From positions 31,417 to 95,416 of IMG/VR virus record IMGVR_UViG_3300010885_033832: a stretch of 64,000 nt of DNA; one strand, 5' to 3'. Below, in pieces: positions 45,641 through 54,330 of this stretch. The notes under the pieces are model-generated. The model saw only the letters and a program-made list of their open reading frames with translations. It was not told where the DNA came from and made no database searches. Position 1 is the stretch's first letter, and each line of letters starts with the position of its first letter. A program made the translations under genes and the position numbers. Origin of the DNA: a virus.

Positions 45641-46459
45641 TCACTCAGCGGAATCAAAACTTTTCGGAATCCCGGGCGTGTCGTAACTTCCGAGATACTT
45701 CAATGTAGAAAGTGTAGGATCACCCGTTGCATTCACCAAGCCCATTCGTTCTCGCTGGAACTTCGCGAGCGCCGATCGAGTCTTGGCATCGAAGACGCCG
45801 CGGTCCGCTTGCTCTAGCCCGGCAACATCAGCACGCGAGAGCTCGACCTGGATCAGCTCGACACTGCGGGCGATCTTCGGGGATCGAGCAGCAGCCGCTG
45901 GAGTTGTACAGGTTCGGATCTCGCCGACGCGGACTAGCGGCAGCTTTGACTTAAGATCAGATCGCTGCTCACTTTCTACATTCTTTAATGTGGAAAGTGG
46001 GATCGGATCTGGCCGCACAAATGTGAGTACATCGTACTTGTGCCGGATCCGTTCATACACACCGTTGGGATCTTGCGGCGCTCGCAGGTTAGGCGTAGCG
46101 ACGTTGGCCTCGATCGCCGAGAACCGTCGGTGTTGTTTCCAGTGTGCGACTTCGGAGACAACCCCAATGTGCGGAGCTCCCATCGGATCGACCCCGAAGC
46201 TGTAGAAGACAAGGTCCCCTCGCCGAGGAGTCCTCACCGTTTGACCCCAAGCAAGGTAGTGGCCGAGAGCTGCAACCGTGTGAGTGTGGGAGACCGGGAG
46301 CTGTAAACCGTTGTCGAGGAATATTACATCAATAAACGATCCGTTCCAGGCGTGCCCATCCCAGCCGACTCGCCGACCGAAGACCGAGATATTTCCGTGG
46401 GTGCAGGTGTAGCCGAGATACTTCGAGGCAAGATCAGCGAGGTTGTCTTTAGTCTTCAC
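45641..46459 (-). CDS. CHAP-like domain plus peptidoglycan-binding domain; catalytic Cys apparently replaced by Asn
   Basis: YLGY...AWNGSF...PRRGDLVFY...HIGVV...IEAN; C-terminal GVFDAKTRSALAKFQ. Confidence 0.75.
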   Translation of the reverse strand: MKTKDNLADLASKYLGYTCTHGNISVFGRRVGWDGHAWNGSFIDVIFLDNGLQLPVSHTHTVAALGHYLAWGQTVRTPRRGDLVFYSFGVDPMGAPHIGVVSEVAHWKQHRRFSAIEANVATPNLRAPQDPNGVYERIRHKYDVLTFVRPDPIPLSTLKNVESEQRSDLKSKLPLVRVGEIRTCTTPAAAARSPKIARSVELIQVELSRADVAGLEQADRGVFDAKTRSALAKFQRERMGLVNATGDPTLSTLKYLGSYDTPGIPKSFDSAE

Positions 46460-46545
46460 CGTCCGTCATCCCTTCCTCGACACGCCGGACAATCCGATCG
46501 GTATCCATTGCCAACTGTACCAGTCGAATGTACTCTTCGCGGGTA

Positions 46546-47472
46546 CTAGTCTTTCCTACGCTCGTCTCGATGCTCGACCTCAACTCGGTCAGCATCGTCA
46601 GTAGTTCCTTCTTCACTATCAATCACCTCCGCCTCGAGTTCGGGGAGCGGCGACGAGGTGACGTTGATCAGCAGCGTCTTCAACCGTTCTTGTAATATGT
46701 CAGCAGCGGGCCGGACATCGATCGCGACATTCTGATCGATCTCGAATCCGCCGCGCACGCCAGCTCGATCGAGGAGCTCCGTCGCAGCTTTGAGCTTGAC
46801 GGGTTCCGACTCGGCAGACTCGAGGAGAGCTTCGAGGACCTCGACTGCTCGGGGAGCCGACTGCATCACCCGAAGGCGAGCAGCGTGGATCGCGCCCTGC
46901 GTATCGATCCTCACACTCGGGAGGTGCGTGGTGCAGAGACCGTCATCATCCCGGCGTCCCGATGTCCACTTGAGGCAGCGGATCGAGTCGGACTTGATGA
47001 AGCGACACCGTTGAGGTGGGCCGCCCAGTGAGGGCATGCCCTTGAAGTCGACATCCTCTTCTCGCCGCTTGCGAAGCCGGAGCCAGGTCTTGTTCGCCTG
47101 CAGCACCCACGGGGGTACGATGAGGTCGGCCCGTTCCTCAACGAGGAGTTCTTCCTCGGTGAGGTAGTCGGAGTTGCGATCTCGAGGATCGGCGAGGATC
47201 GGTTCGAACTTGTCGATCAGTGAGACGCGAGCTTCTGTCATAGACTCGGGAGCGATGGCCCGAAGGTACGGAGTGAAGGAGCCGCGTTCGTCGACGATGA
47301 TCTGATATTGCATCCGACTGACCCGGAGAATCTTTCGGTTCTCCATGGTGTCGTGGCAAACGCCTCGATCAACTTCGTCGATGCCGAGGATCGTCAAGTC
47401 GGGGCGAAGATCGACAGGGGTGTCGTCAGTATCGCGATAACCCGAACCGTCGGTTGGTTCTAGGTCAGTCAT
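46546..47472 (-). CDS. Probable terminase small subunit-like protein
   Basis: RC..IKSD..RC...LCTTH Zn motif, then APRAVEVLEALL...VKLKAATELLDRAG, as seen in actinophage TerS-like proteins. Confidence 0.5.
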   Translation of the reverse strand: MTDLEPTDGSGYRDTDDTPVDLRPDLTILGIDEVDRGVCHDTMENRKILRVSRMQYQIIVDERGSFTPYLRAIAPESMTEARVSLIDKFEPILADPRDRNSDYLTEEELLVEERADLIVPPWVLQANKTWLRLRKRREEDVDFKGMPSLGGPPQRCRFIKSDSIRCLKWTSGRRDDDGLCTTHLPSVRIDTQGAIHAARLRVMQSAPRAVEVLEALLESAESEPVKLKAATELLDRAGVRGGFEIDQNVAIDVRPAADILQERLKTLLINVTSSPLPELEAEVIDSEEGTTDDADRVEVEHRDERRKD

Positions 47473-47563
47473 GGGGCCTCCGAAGAAAAAATGGCGTGAG
47501 TTGCGAGATCGCAGCCTCCTGACCTAGTTTACCCCATTTTTATACACTATCTTAGAAGGTTGC

Positions 47564-47755
47564 CTATTTCTCGTTCTTATGTTCACTTAGACAGCATGGA
47601 CACTTATGCGTGTCACCGTCCGTTGAGGATACATAGTGGCCGATGCATGTCGAGTGTTGACCCGACATACACCAACCAAACTCGACAGCGTCAGTGATTT
47701 CTACCCCAGTCGGGGGAACGATATCACTCCGAGTCGTCGTCTTCCGAGTCACCAT
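47564..47755 (-). CDS. Small Cys/His protein (FGWCMSGQHSTC...CPC)
   Basis: Operon-coupled ORF. Confidence 0.65.
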   Translation of the reverse strand: MVTRKTTTRSDIVPPTGVEITDAVEFGWCMSGQHSTCIGHYVSSTDGDTHKCPCCLSEHKNEK

Positions 47756-48218
47756 CTTCGCCAATCACCGTCCCATTCTCCAACTCGATGCCGTCCAGCA
47801 AATCGGTCGGCAACCCAACAGACTCGAGGACTTCTTTCATCTTGGTCTTGGTTTCTTCAATCTTCTGGGCGAGGTTCTTCTTGGAGCGTTCTTCCTCAGC
47901 CTTAGTCGACAAGACGTGCCACTGCGAGACAACCTCGAGGGCTTCAGCGAATGATAGCTCCTCGAAACGCTGACGGTCCGTCTCATCTACGATGCACTTC
48001 TTGAGGAGGCGAATAGCCGCAATCATGGCCGCAGGGCCGTGCACCTTTTCGCCGAACATCTTGCTGACATCATCAACGGACATCGACATAAAGTTGACTG
48101 CTTCCCCCCGGAAGGTTTCGGTGGACAATCCAACAATGTTCCACCGTCCGTTCATTTCATCTTCCCACGAGGAAAAGATGTCTCCTGCCTCACTCATTCC
48201 CATTCCCTGGTTCTTCAC
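47724..48218 (-). CDS. Hypothetical protein
   Basis: 164-aa ORF in operon. Confidence 0.7.
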   Translation of the reverse strand: MKNQGMGMSEAGDIFSSWEDEMNGRWNIVGLSTETFRGEAVNFMSMSVDDVSKMFGEKVHGPAAMIAAIRLLKKCIVDETDRQRFEELSFAEALEVVSQWHVLSTKAEEERSKKNLAQKIEETKTKMKEVLESVGLPTDLLDGIELENGTVIGEDGDSEDDDSE

Positions 48219-48564
48219 CTAAGTCTCCTTCTAATCCGAGTACATCCTCCACGTCTCGAACTAGATAGTACGAGATGGGGACGTAGTTGTAAAACTGCTT
48301 GTCCCAGTCTGGCTTAACGATGTAGCCGAACTTCATCGCAATCAAATCGATTTGCGGAAGGAGGTCAGCCGGGACTGCCACATCTATGGGAACAGTACCA
48401 GAGACAGACGAGACGCGCAACTTCTCGACAAGTCCACCAATGAAGTGTCCTGCAGCGAAGTCAGCGTCTGCGTACTTCCCGCCTTGCGATTCGATGCAGA
48501 TAATCATGAACTCACGATTAGCCCAGTCAGGTCTCCACGGTCCGCCCAAAGAATTATTTTCCAT
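48190..48564 (-). CDS. Hypothetical protein
   Basis: 124-aa ORF in operon. Confidence 0.7.
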   Translation of the reverse strand: MENNSLGGPWRPDWANREFMIICIESQGGKYADADFAAGHFIGGLVEKLRVSSVSGTVPIDVAVPADLLPQIDLIAMKFGYIVKPDWDKQFYNYVPISYYLVRDVEDVLGLEGDLGEEPGNGNE

Positions 48565-49072
48565 CTCGGTACCTCATCTCGATCTCGCAGGTTCCGCAAA
48601 TCAATGTGAACCGTCCGGTGTAATCCTCGGAGCGAGACAGCCTGAGCAGGATTTCTCCATCAGCCCCAACCATCCGCACGTGCACATCGGTATCCCCGAG
48701 GAAGGGCCGACTGCAGGAAGCAACGTCGCAACGACTTGAAAGCCACGCATAGCTCAACCCTTTCTCCCTAAGACGATGTAGTCCCCAATCTAGCCCAGTG
48801 AGGTACCGTCCGTCTTGATATACCTTGATGCCCTTTTCCATGGTCTTGAGGCCGCCAGTCCACGCAGCACCTCGACCGCCGATGCGAACATCAAGTAGCC
48901 GAACGACAGCGCGATCTCCACCAGTGCAATAGCAACGAATTCCCGTAGAGGGTTGGCATCGAGCGTACTCAGTCCCGACCATGTGGTGTGTACCTAGTGA
49001 GTGCCCACAGATACAAATAAGCGTTCGGTCCGTCTTACTAGAACTAGACACGTGCTTTAGCGCGAGCGCCAC
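48554..49072 (-). CDS. Zn-finger protein (CICGH...H...C..CYC)
   Basis: Cys/His pattern shared with 49044-49619. Confidence 0.7.
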   Translation of the reverse strand: MALALKHVSSSSKTDRTLICICGHSLGTHHMVGTEYARCQPSTGIRCYCTGGDRAVVRLLDVRIGGRGAAWTGGLKTMEKGIKVYQDGRYLTGLDWGLHRLREKGLSYAWLSSRCDVASCSRPFLGDTDVHVRMVGADGEILLRLSRSEDYTGRFTLICGTCEIEMRYRDGK

Positions 49073-49619
49073 TCAGAAACTCAATCCCGTGTTCAAAGAC
49101 ACCTCGAGCACACGACTCACACATCACGCGTGAATACGCAGCAATGTCACCGTCGGACACTCGAATCCAGTGACGATCAAATGCCATAACGAATACAGGG
49201 GATTGACCCTTCTCGTCGACGAACCCAGTCGGTCCGGCACACGAGTCACAGGCAACAGCGCCTGTCTCGACAGTGTGGATCCACTCGACCATTTCTCCAG
49301 CACCTAGTGCCGCAGCTACTCCCTTGCTCAAAGAGTGGTTCATTCCATACCCCGGCTCTGCAGTCTTGTGCAGGAAGCGTCGAAGGTTCGATGTACGAAG
49401 TACCGCCCGTGTTTCTTTACAGCCACAGACGATCCGTCCGGGGGAGCAGGCAACGTAGCCTGAAGCAACATCTGTGTGGTGGTACTTCATAGAGTGCCCA
49501 CACGCACAAACATCCCTCGACCCTCGACCCATTTTCTCCGCGCGCTCTTTCATCTCGCGGAGATATTCTTGGGCCTCAGGTGACGTTGGCGATATCGCCG
49601 AGAATTCAATGTCAGTCAT
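49044..49619 (-). CDS. Zn-finger protein (CACGH...H...C..CGC)
   Basis: Leaderless TATGAT promoter; multiple CxxC. Confidence 0.75.
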   Translation of the reverse strand: MTDIEFSAISPTSPEAQEYLREMKERAEKMGRGSRDVCACGHSMKYHHTDVASGYVACSPGRIVCGCKETRAVLRTSNLRRFLHKTAEPGYGMNHSLSKGVAAALGAGEMVEWIHTVETGAVACDSCAGPTGFVDEKGQSPVFVMAFDRHWIRVSDGDIAAYSRVMCESCARGVFEHGIEFLSGARAKARV

Positions 49620-49639
49620 AGCCCCATCATAACACACTA

Positions 49640-50030
49640 TGTCTACCTACCACTTATGTTTACTTATGTCTGAGGAGTCTGAGATGACGAGGAGTCAACT
49701 TATTTTCTCTCTATGTGCACGATGGCGCATACGCGTTAAGGAGAAACTAAGTTTACTTGATGTGACAATCTACTCGTCAGACATAAGTGGTAAAACTCCC
49801 GCCTAAACAAAGGGCCCACTATCTCCTACTATGTCAATCAACCAACACCATAAGCAAGGATCCACCCAACTAAAGCGCAAGGAGTCAACTAAATTTATAT
49901 ATTGAGCACATGGAAATCGACCTTGACAATCAATTTTTGGCCACCCCAGCCAAGTAAGTCTGCATAAGTCGACACGGTCCGTTCCTCAGACTCGTCAGAC
50001 ATAAGACGAAAAACAGCCTCCCTCACGAAG
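49640..50030. repeat. AT-richer non-coding region with nested inverted and direct repeats; candidate replication origin
   Basis: CTTATGTCTGAGGAGTCTGAG (49663-49683) is inverted at 49985-50005 and partly at 49772-49787; inner inverted repeat 49693-49757. Confidence 0.6.
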
Positions 50031-50032
50031 GA

Positions 50033-50644
50033 CTATTTAGTGATGAAATTTGACCTTCGGTGCCACTCATAGCCCCCAACATTCTTCGTCAGCCACGGCA
50101 GCGGATCGAAGAAAGTTCCGCCTCGAACAATTCCAAAGTGTAAATGCGGCCCCGAAGATCCTCCCGAAGAGCCACCCAATCCCACGACATCCCACGACGA
50201 AACGACGTCCCCAACCTCAACCGTCCGTTCAGATAGATGTCCGTACCAAAAGTCCAGTCCCCTACCAGGCGATCCAGCACCACCTCGAACGACGACCAAC
50301 CAGCCATATGGCCACTGCCACCCGGAGAAAATAACGTCACCGTCCGTCACAGAGTAGATGCGATCTCCAGTCTCTAGCGCCACATCGATGCCTCGATGCC
50401 CACGACCAGCGCCCCACCTATCATTCAGTTCCCACTTCCAAGGATCTACAGGGAGCACAACCTCAGGCGGCCTTTCAATGTATAAAAACCAATGTAAAGC
50501 GCCATGATCAACGATTTCATAGATAGCCAGATCAACTTTCACCGGAGGCGAAGGAGCCACGACTATAGGACTATTCTGTGCGCCGACAATAAGAACCCCC
50601 AACGCAATAGCGCAGAGGGCCACCGTCCGTCTCGACAGTTCCAT
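50033..50644 (-). CDS. M23 metallopeptidase with N-terminal signal/TM
   Basis: HRGID...YGHL...GPHLHF. Confidence 0.92.
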   Translation of the reverse strand: MELSRRTVALCAIALGVLIVGAQNSPIVVAPSPPVKVDLAIYEIVDHGALHWFLYIERPPEVVLPVDPWKWELNDRWGAGRGHRGIDVALETGDRIYSVTDGDVIFSGWQWPYGWLVVVRGGAGSPGRGLDFWYGHLSERTVEVGDVVSSWDVVGLGGSSGGSSGPHLHFGIVRGGTFFDPLPWLTKNVGGYEWHRRSNFITK

Positions 50645-50711
50645 ACTCTATTTTACCAGCAATAAGAAACCCCCTCCCAGCCGAAGCTAGAAGGGGGTGG
50701 GTGCTAAGAGC

Positions 50712-51074
50712 CTAAGAAGACAACGTAGCGCAAACGTGGCATGGTCCGCCATCTTCTGATGCAGACGGTCCGCTACCCCAACCACTGTGATATCCGGTGT
50801 CGTAGTCATAAAAAAGAGGGACAGGGAATGTGCGGTGATCTTTTAGAGCGTCTCTCGGATCCAAATGATACTCGGACAGGATAGCAACATCTTGAATCGC
50901 TGCCCACGGAATGATGCGAGGTTGCATAGTTCCACCGGATCGATCGACAACGGTCATCTCCAAGACAATTCCGACAAGATCGGAGGACTCTATGACATCC
51001 CTCAGGACTTTCCCATTGTTGAGAGTGATTTGCGCCGCTTGCTTGTGCACAATATCTTGAATGTGTTCTTTCAC
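50712..51074 (-). CDS. Hypothetical protein (possible Sm/Hfq-like beta fold)
   Basis: GGAG SD; IIPWAAIQDV. Confidence 0.6.
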   Translation of the reverse strand: MKEHIQDIVHKQAAQITLNNGKVLRDVIESSDLVGIVLEMTVVDRSGGTMQPRIIPWAAIQDVAILSEYHLDPRDALKDHRTFPVPLFYDYDTGYHSGWGSGPSASEDGGPCHVCATLSS

Positions 51075-51184
51075 TGTTTCTCCTATATAAGAGGTTCCCT
51101 CCGACGAATGCCGAAGTACAGATAATCTAGCACAAGAAAAGCCCCGTAGGGTGACACCTAGGAGCTTCTCTTTATTAAGTTGAG

Positions 51185-51283
51185 TTACTTACTGCCACGC
51201 GATCGCGCAGCAATAATAAACGCTATCACGAAGAATACGTTGAGCGCAAACGATGCGCCAACCAATCCACTAAACCAGTCCAC
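51185..51283 (-). CDS. 32-aa membrane peptide
   Basis: GGAGG SD; TAGTG overlap; hydrophobic. Confidence 0.55.
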   Translation of the reverse strand: MDWFSGLVGASFALNVFFVIAFIIAARSRGSK

Positions 51284-51663
51284 TAGTCACCTCCAGGTTT
51301 GATCGTTCCATCTTGTGCAAAATCTTCCCAGTCCTCGAACTCAAAGTCAATCAGCCAGTAGTGCCGTCCGTCATGTTCAATGTCGCCGACGATCTTCCCA
51401 ACTTCACCCCGATCACCTCGTCCAGCACCCTTGGCGAAGAGGACCTTGTCAAGAATCCCGAGATTGATAGCCATCAACACAGCCTCGGAGTCATCTAAAC
51501 CAGAAGGGACGGCCCATGTCCCCTCGGCCTGAATCCATTCGACATGTGTGTCTGTCTGGATAAAGACGAGGTCTGACATAGACCGTCCACTTGCTAGTTG
51601 GGTGTCGATCCACTCATCCATTGACGCCTTGCGCCGGAGGAGTCTATTCCACCATTTAATCAT
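51283..51663 (-). CDS. Hypothetical protein, 126 aa
   Basis: Leaderless TAGAAT promoter. Confidence 0.7.
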   Translation of the reverse strand: MIKWWNRLLRRKASMDEWIDTQLASGRSMSDLVFIQTDTHVEWIQAEGTWAVPSGLDDSEAVLMAINLGILDKVLFAKGAGRGDRGEVGKIVGDIEHDGRHYWLIDFEFEDWEDFAQDGTIKPGGD

Positions 51664-51682
51664 TCACTCATTCTACATCATC

Positions 51683-52270
51683 TCAACCATCAAGGCGAAT
51701 AATCTTGTAGCGCGAGTTCCAGATTTTACGGATATCAACCCGCGTACCCGGCTTCTGGGAGTCAAGGATTAGACCGTCTCCGGCCCAAAACCCAACGTGC
51801 CCTGGCATCCATACAAGATCTCCGAGTCGAGCTTTTGATTCAGGGATAGTTTCCCCAGAATACAGTTGATCCGACGCAGAGTGTTCCAGATGAATGCCGT
51901 GCTTAGCCAGCACGAACCGAGTGAATCCCGAGCAATCAAAATACTCAGGACCGACCCCAGAGTATGAGTAGGGAGTGCCAATGTAATTCAGCGCTGTGTT
52001 GAATACATCGTCTCCCCACACCATTGTGTCAAGGTCGTAGGAGTGTTTCCCAGCCTTACGAACTATGCGATATGAATTGCGTTCAATCTCTGCCATCTCT
52101 GCCTTATCGGAGGCGACGGAGATTTGTACAGTCATAGCCGTTCGAGCGGAAGGGTTCCACCAGATACTGTCACTATTTAGTAATGACCCAGGAACTACAG
52201 CATTTGCCATATTTCCGGGAATAAAACTGACCAAGACAGCCAAGGTCAGAGTTCCAAGTTTGAGGTACAC
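51683..52270 (-). CDS. NlpC/P60 peptidoglycan endopeptidase with signal peptide
   Basis: IGTPYSYSG...FDCSGFT...GDLV..PGHVG. Confidence 0.93.
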   Translation of the reverse strand: MYLKLGTLTLAVLVSFIPGNMANAVVPGSLLNSDSIWWNPSARTAMTVQISVASDKAEMAEIERNSYRIVRKAGKHSYDLDTMVWGDDVFNTALNYIGTPYSYSGVGPEYFDCSGFTRFVLAKHGIHLEHSASDQLYSGETIPESKARLGDLVWMPGHVGFWAGDGLILDSQKPGTRVDIRKIWNSRYKIIRLDG

Positions 52271-52295
52271 TTTGAACCTCCTTTATGGGTATTGA

Positions 52296-52346
52296 GGCCT
52301 AAAGCAAAAATCAGCCTTGCGACTGACTTTCTGCCTTGCTTTAGGA
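52296..52346 (-). promoter_or_regulatory. Structured 5'UTR of the NlpC/P60 gene
   Basis: CCTAAAGCAA/TTGCTTTAGG outer stem with inner GTCAGTC-GCAA-GGCTGAT hairpin. Confidence 0.5.
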
Positions 52347-52394
52347 CTTTCTTACTTGCTAAGGCTTTACTAGTTTATCATCAAACAAGGGCTA

Positions 52395-52508
52395 TTACTG
52401 CCACCGTCCGTATTTATCTCGCGGCCACACTTGGAAAAGGTGCTTTCCCTGCACCCACGCAAGCGCCGAATACCACCAGTACTTGAGCGTAAACTTCAAT
52501 TTATTCAC
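52395..52508 (-). CDS. 37-aa protein ending WPRDKYGRWQ
   Basis: GGAG SD; overlaps upstream stop. Confidence 0.55.
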   Translation of the reverse strand: MNKLKFTLKYWWYSALAWVQGKHLFQVWPRDKYGRWQ

Positions 52509-52932
52509 CGTCCGTCTCCTCTTCTTCCTTCGGCAACTCAGAATAATGGATCGCAGTTACGCCACCGTCCGTTGAGAATATCTGTGAGTTCCGGAGATTC
52601 TGCCAGAGTGGATACCCCGAAATCTCGGAGCGGTCTTCCCACTCCGCAGGATCCGCCGTCAGGGGAGCAAGGTTCTCACCCTTCATCAGTCGGTGCAGGA
52701 TATCCGCCGTCAACTCCGCCGACGATCCAGAGTGTCCAAGCTCGGCCCACTTCGCCAAGACGGAGCAGTACCAATCGATAACGCGGGGATCTTCGCCGAC
52801 GAGCTCCAGCTCGTAACGAGCGTGCATCACCGTCGGGTGTTCGAAGTTTAGCGCCGAAAGACTCTTGTTCACAGGCTTGACTCGCTTGGGGGTCGGACGG
52901 TTTTTCCGCCCCTGACCGCGTGATTTCTTCAT
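52501..52932 (-). CDS. Conserved phage protein (PLTADPAEW...WQNLRNSQIFS)
   Basis: 143 aa; AGGAG SD. Confidence 0.78.
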   Translation of the reverse strand: MKKSRGQGRKNRPTPKRVKPVNKSLSALNFEHPTVMHARYELELVGEDPRVIDWYCSVLAKWAELGHSGSSAELTADILHRLMKGENLAPLTADPAEWEDRSEISGYPLWQNLRNSQIFSTDGGVTAIHYSELPKEEEETDGE

Positions 52933-53002
52933 GACTACTCCTAGATTCTCAGGACTACTTTATCCTAAAGACAGTCTACCGCCATCGATGTAAAATAGAT
53001 GT

Positions 53003-54142
53003 ATGGATTACGACTACAATCTAGTTCCCGAAGAGCAGGAATTGGCCGACGCTCTGCGTACGATTGCCAACCGCTACGGTAAGTTCAACGACGACAACAC
53101 TGGCGTCTGGGCTGGATACACTCCCGCCTCGGAGAACGAAGACAACGCCAAGATCGGCGTCAAGTGTGGGAACTGCGTATTCTTCAACTCCCCTAACGGT
53201 TGCGAGATCATCGCCTCGGATGTAGAAGATGGCGGCCTATGCCGTTTTGCTGTCCTCCCTGATGGTGCCGTTACTGCAGCAGCTGAAGACGGAGAAACCT
53301 GTCCTCCCGCCACGAAGAGCATCCCACTCAATATCAAGAATCGCCAGAACGCAATTGACAATGTAGGTTACGGTCCGCTCAACCCCGCAGAGCCAAACGA
53401 TAAGTTCTGGCAGGACAAAGCCATGCGCTGGAACACCGACATCGAAGAAGCAAAGTCGGCCATCTGCGGAAACTGTGTCTTCTTTGATCGACGTCCACAA
53501 ACTCTTCAGTGTATTGAAGAAGGTCTTGCTCAGGGAGGTTCCGGCGATTCTGGTGCCTGGGATTCTATCGACCAGGCGGAACTTGGTTATTGCACCGCTC
53601 TCGACTTCAAATGCGCCGCCTCTCGCACCTGTAACGCATGGGCAGCTGGCGGTCCAATTACTGCCACCGCCGGATCGAAGAAGGCTCCCAAGAAAGATCA
53701 AATCAAGGGTTCAGATAAGAACAAGAAGGGCTCGGCCTCCGACGGTAAGGGCGTTACCTTCACCGCAGCCATCACCACTTCTCTTGAGAAGAAGGTCAAG
53801 GATCACAACGAGAAAGCGCCGAACGGTCGGAAGGTTACGCTCGCAAAGTTGAAGGCAGTCTACCGCCGTGGTGCCGGAGCATTCTCGACTAGCCACCGCC
53901 CCGACCAGAATCGTAACAGCTGGGCTATGGGCCGCGTCAACGCTTTCCTCTTCCTCGTCCGTTCAGGTAAGCCAAAGAACGCGAAGTACGTAACCGACAA
54001 CGACTTGCTTCCTAAGATGCACCCTCGTCACTCGACAGCCAGCACCATGACGCCACTTCTCGCCTCGATGCTTCACACCCTAAACTTTGAAGTCCCCGAC
54101 GCAGAATACGTCGAGGACCCCACAGAACCTTGGTTGTTCTAA
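53003..54142 (+). CDS. Multi-module head-associated protein: two Cys-rich (CGNCVFF) modules plus a DUF5824-like domain
   Basis: KCGNCVFF..GCEII...CRF; CGNCVFFD...GYC..LDFKCAASRTC; AVYRRGAGAFSTSHRP...WAMGRVNAFL...DNDLLP. Confidence 0.75.
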   Translation: MDYDYNLVPEEQELADALRTIANRYGKFNDDNTGVWAGYTPASENEDNAKIGVKCGNCVFFNSPNGCEIIASDVEDGGLCRFAVLPDGAVTAAAEDGETCPPATKSIPLNIKNRQNAIDNVGYGPLNPAEPNDKFWQDKAMRWNTDIEEAKSAICGNCVFFDRRPQTLQCIEEGLAQGGSGDSGAWDSIDQAELGYCTALDFKCAASRTCNAWAAGGPITATAGSKKAPKKDQIKGSDKNKKGSASDGKGVTFTAAITTSLEKKVKDHNEKAPNGRKVTLAKLKAVYRRGAGAFSTSHRPDQNRNSWAMGRVNAFLFLVRSGKPKNAKYVTDNDLLPKMHPRHSTASTMTPLLASMLHTLNFEVPDAEYVEDPTEPWLF

Positions 54143-54330
54143 GAAACTAAGATCCAGATCAAGAGACCCACAATAATTAGTTGGTTCCCCAGCAAGACTA
54201 GTGATGTCCACTTCCAGACATTGCGCCACGACTCGGTGACAGATTTCTCTCGCGCTAGCGCACGAGCGGCCCGCTCAGCGAGCGTTGTCTCCCCGGTGCT
54301 ACTTCCGGTGCTTCCAATGTTGACGGCCAT
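54139..54330 (-). CDS. Small C-terminal TM protein
   Basis: GGAGG SD; hydrophobic tail. Confidence 0.65.
   Translation of the reverse strand: MAVNIGSTGSSTGETTLAERAARALAREKSVTESWRNVWKWTSLVLLGNQLIIVGLLIWILVS

Noticed and set aside
52272-52380. c-di-AMP (ydaO) riboswitch
   Set aside because: Conserved ydaO sequence blocks not seen; kept only as an unnamed structure
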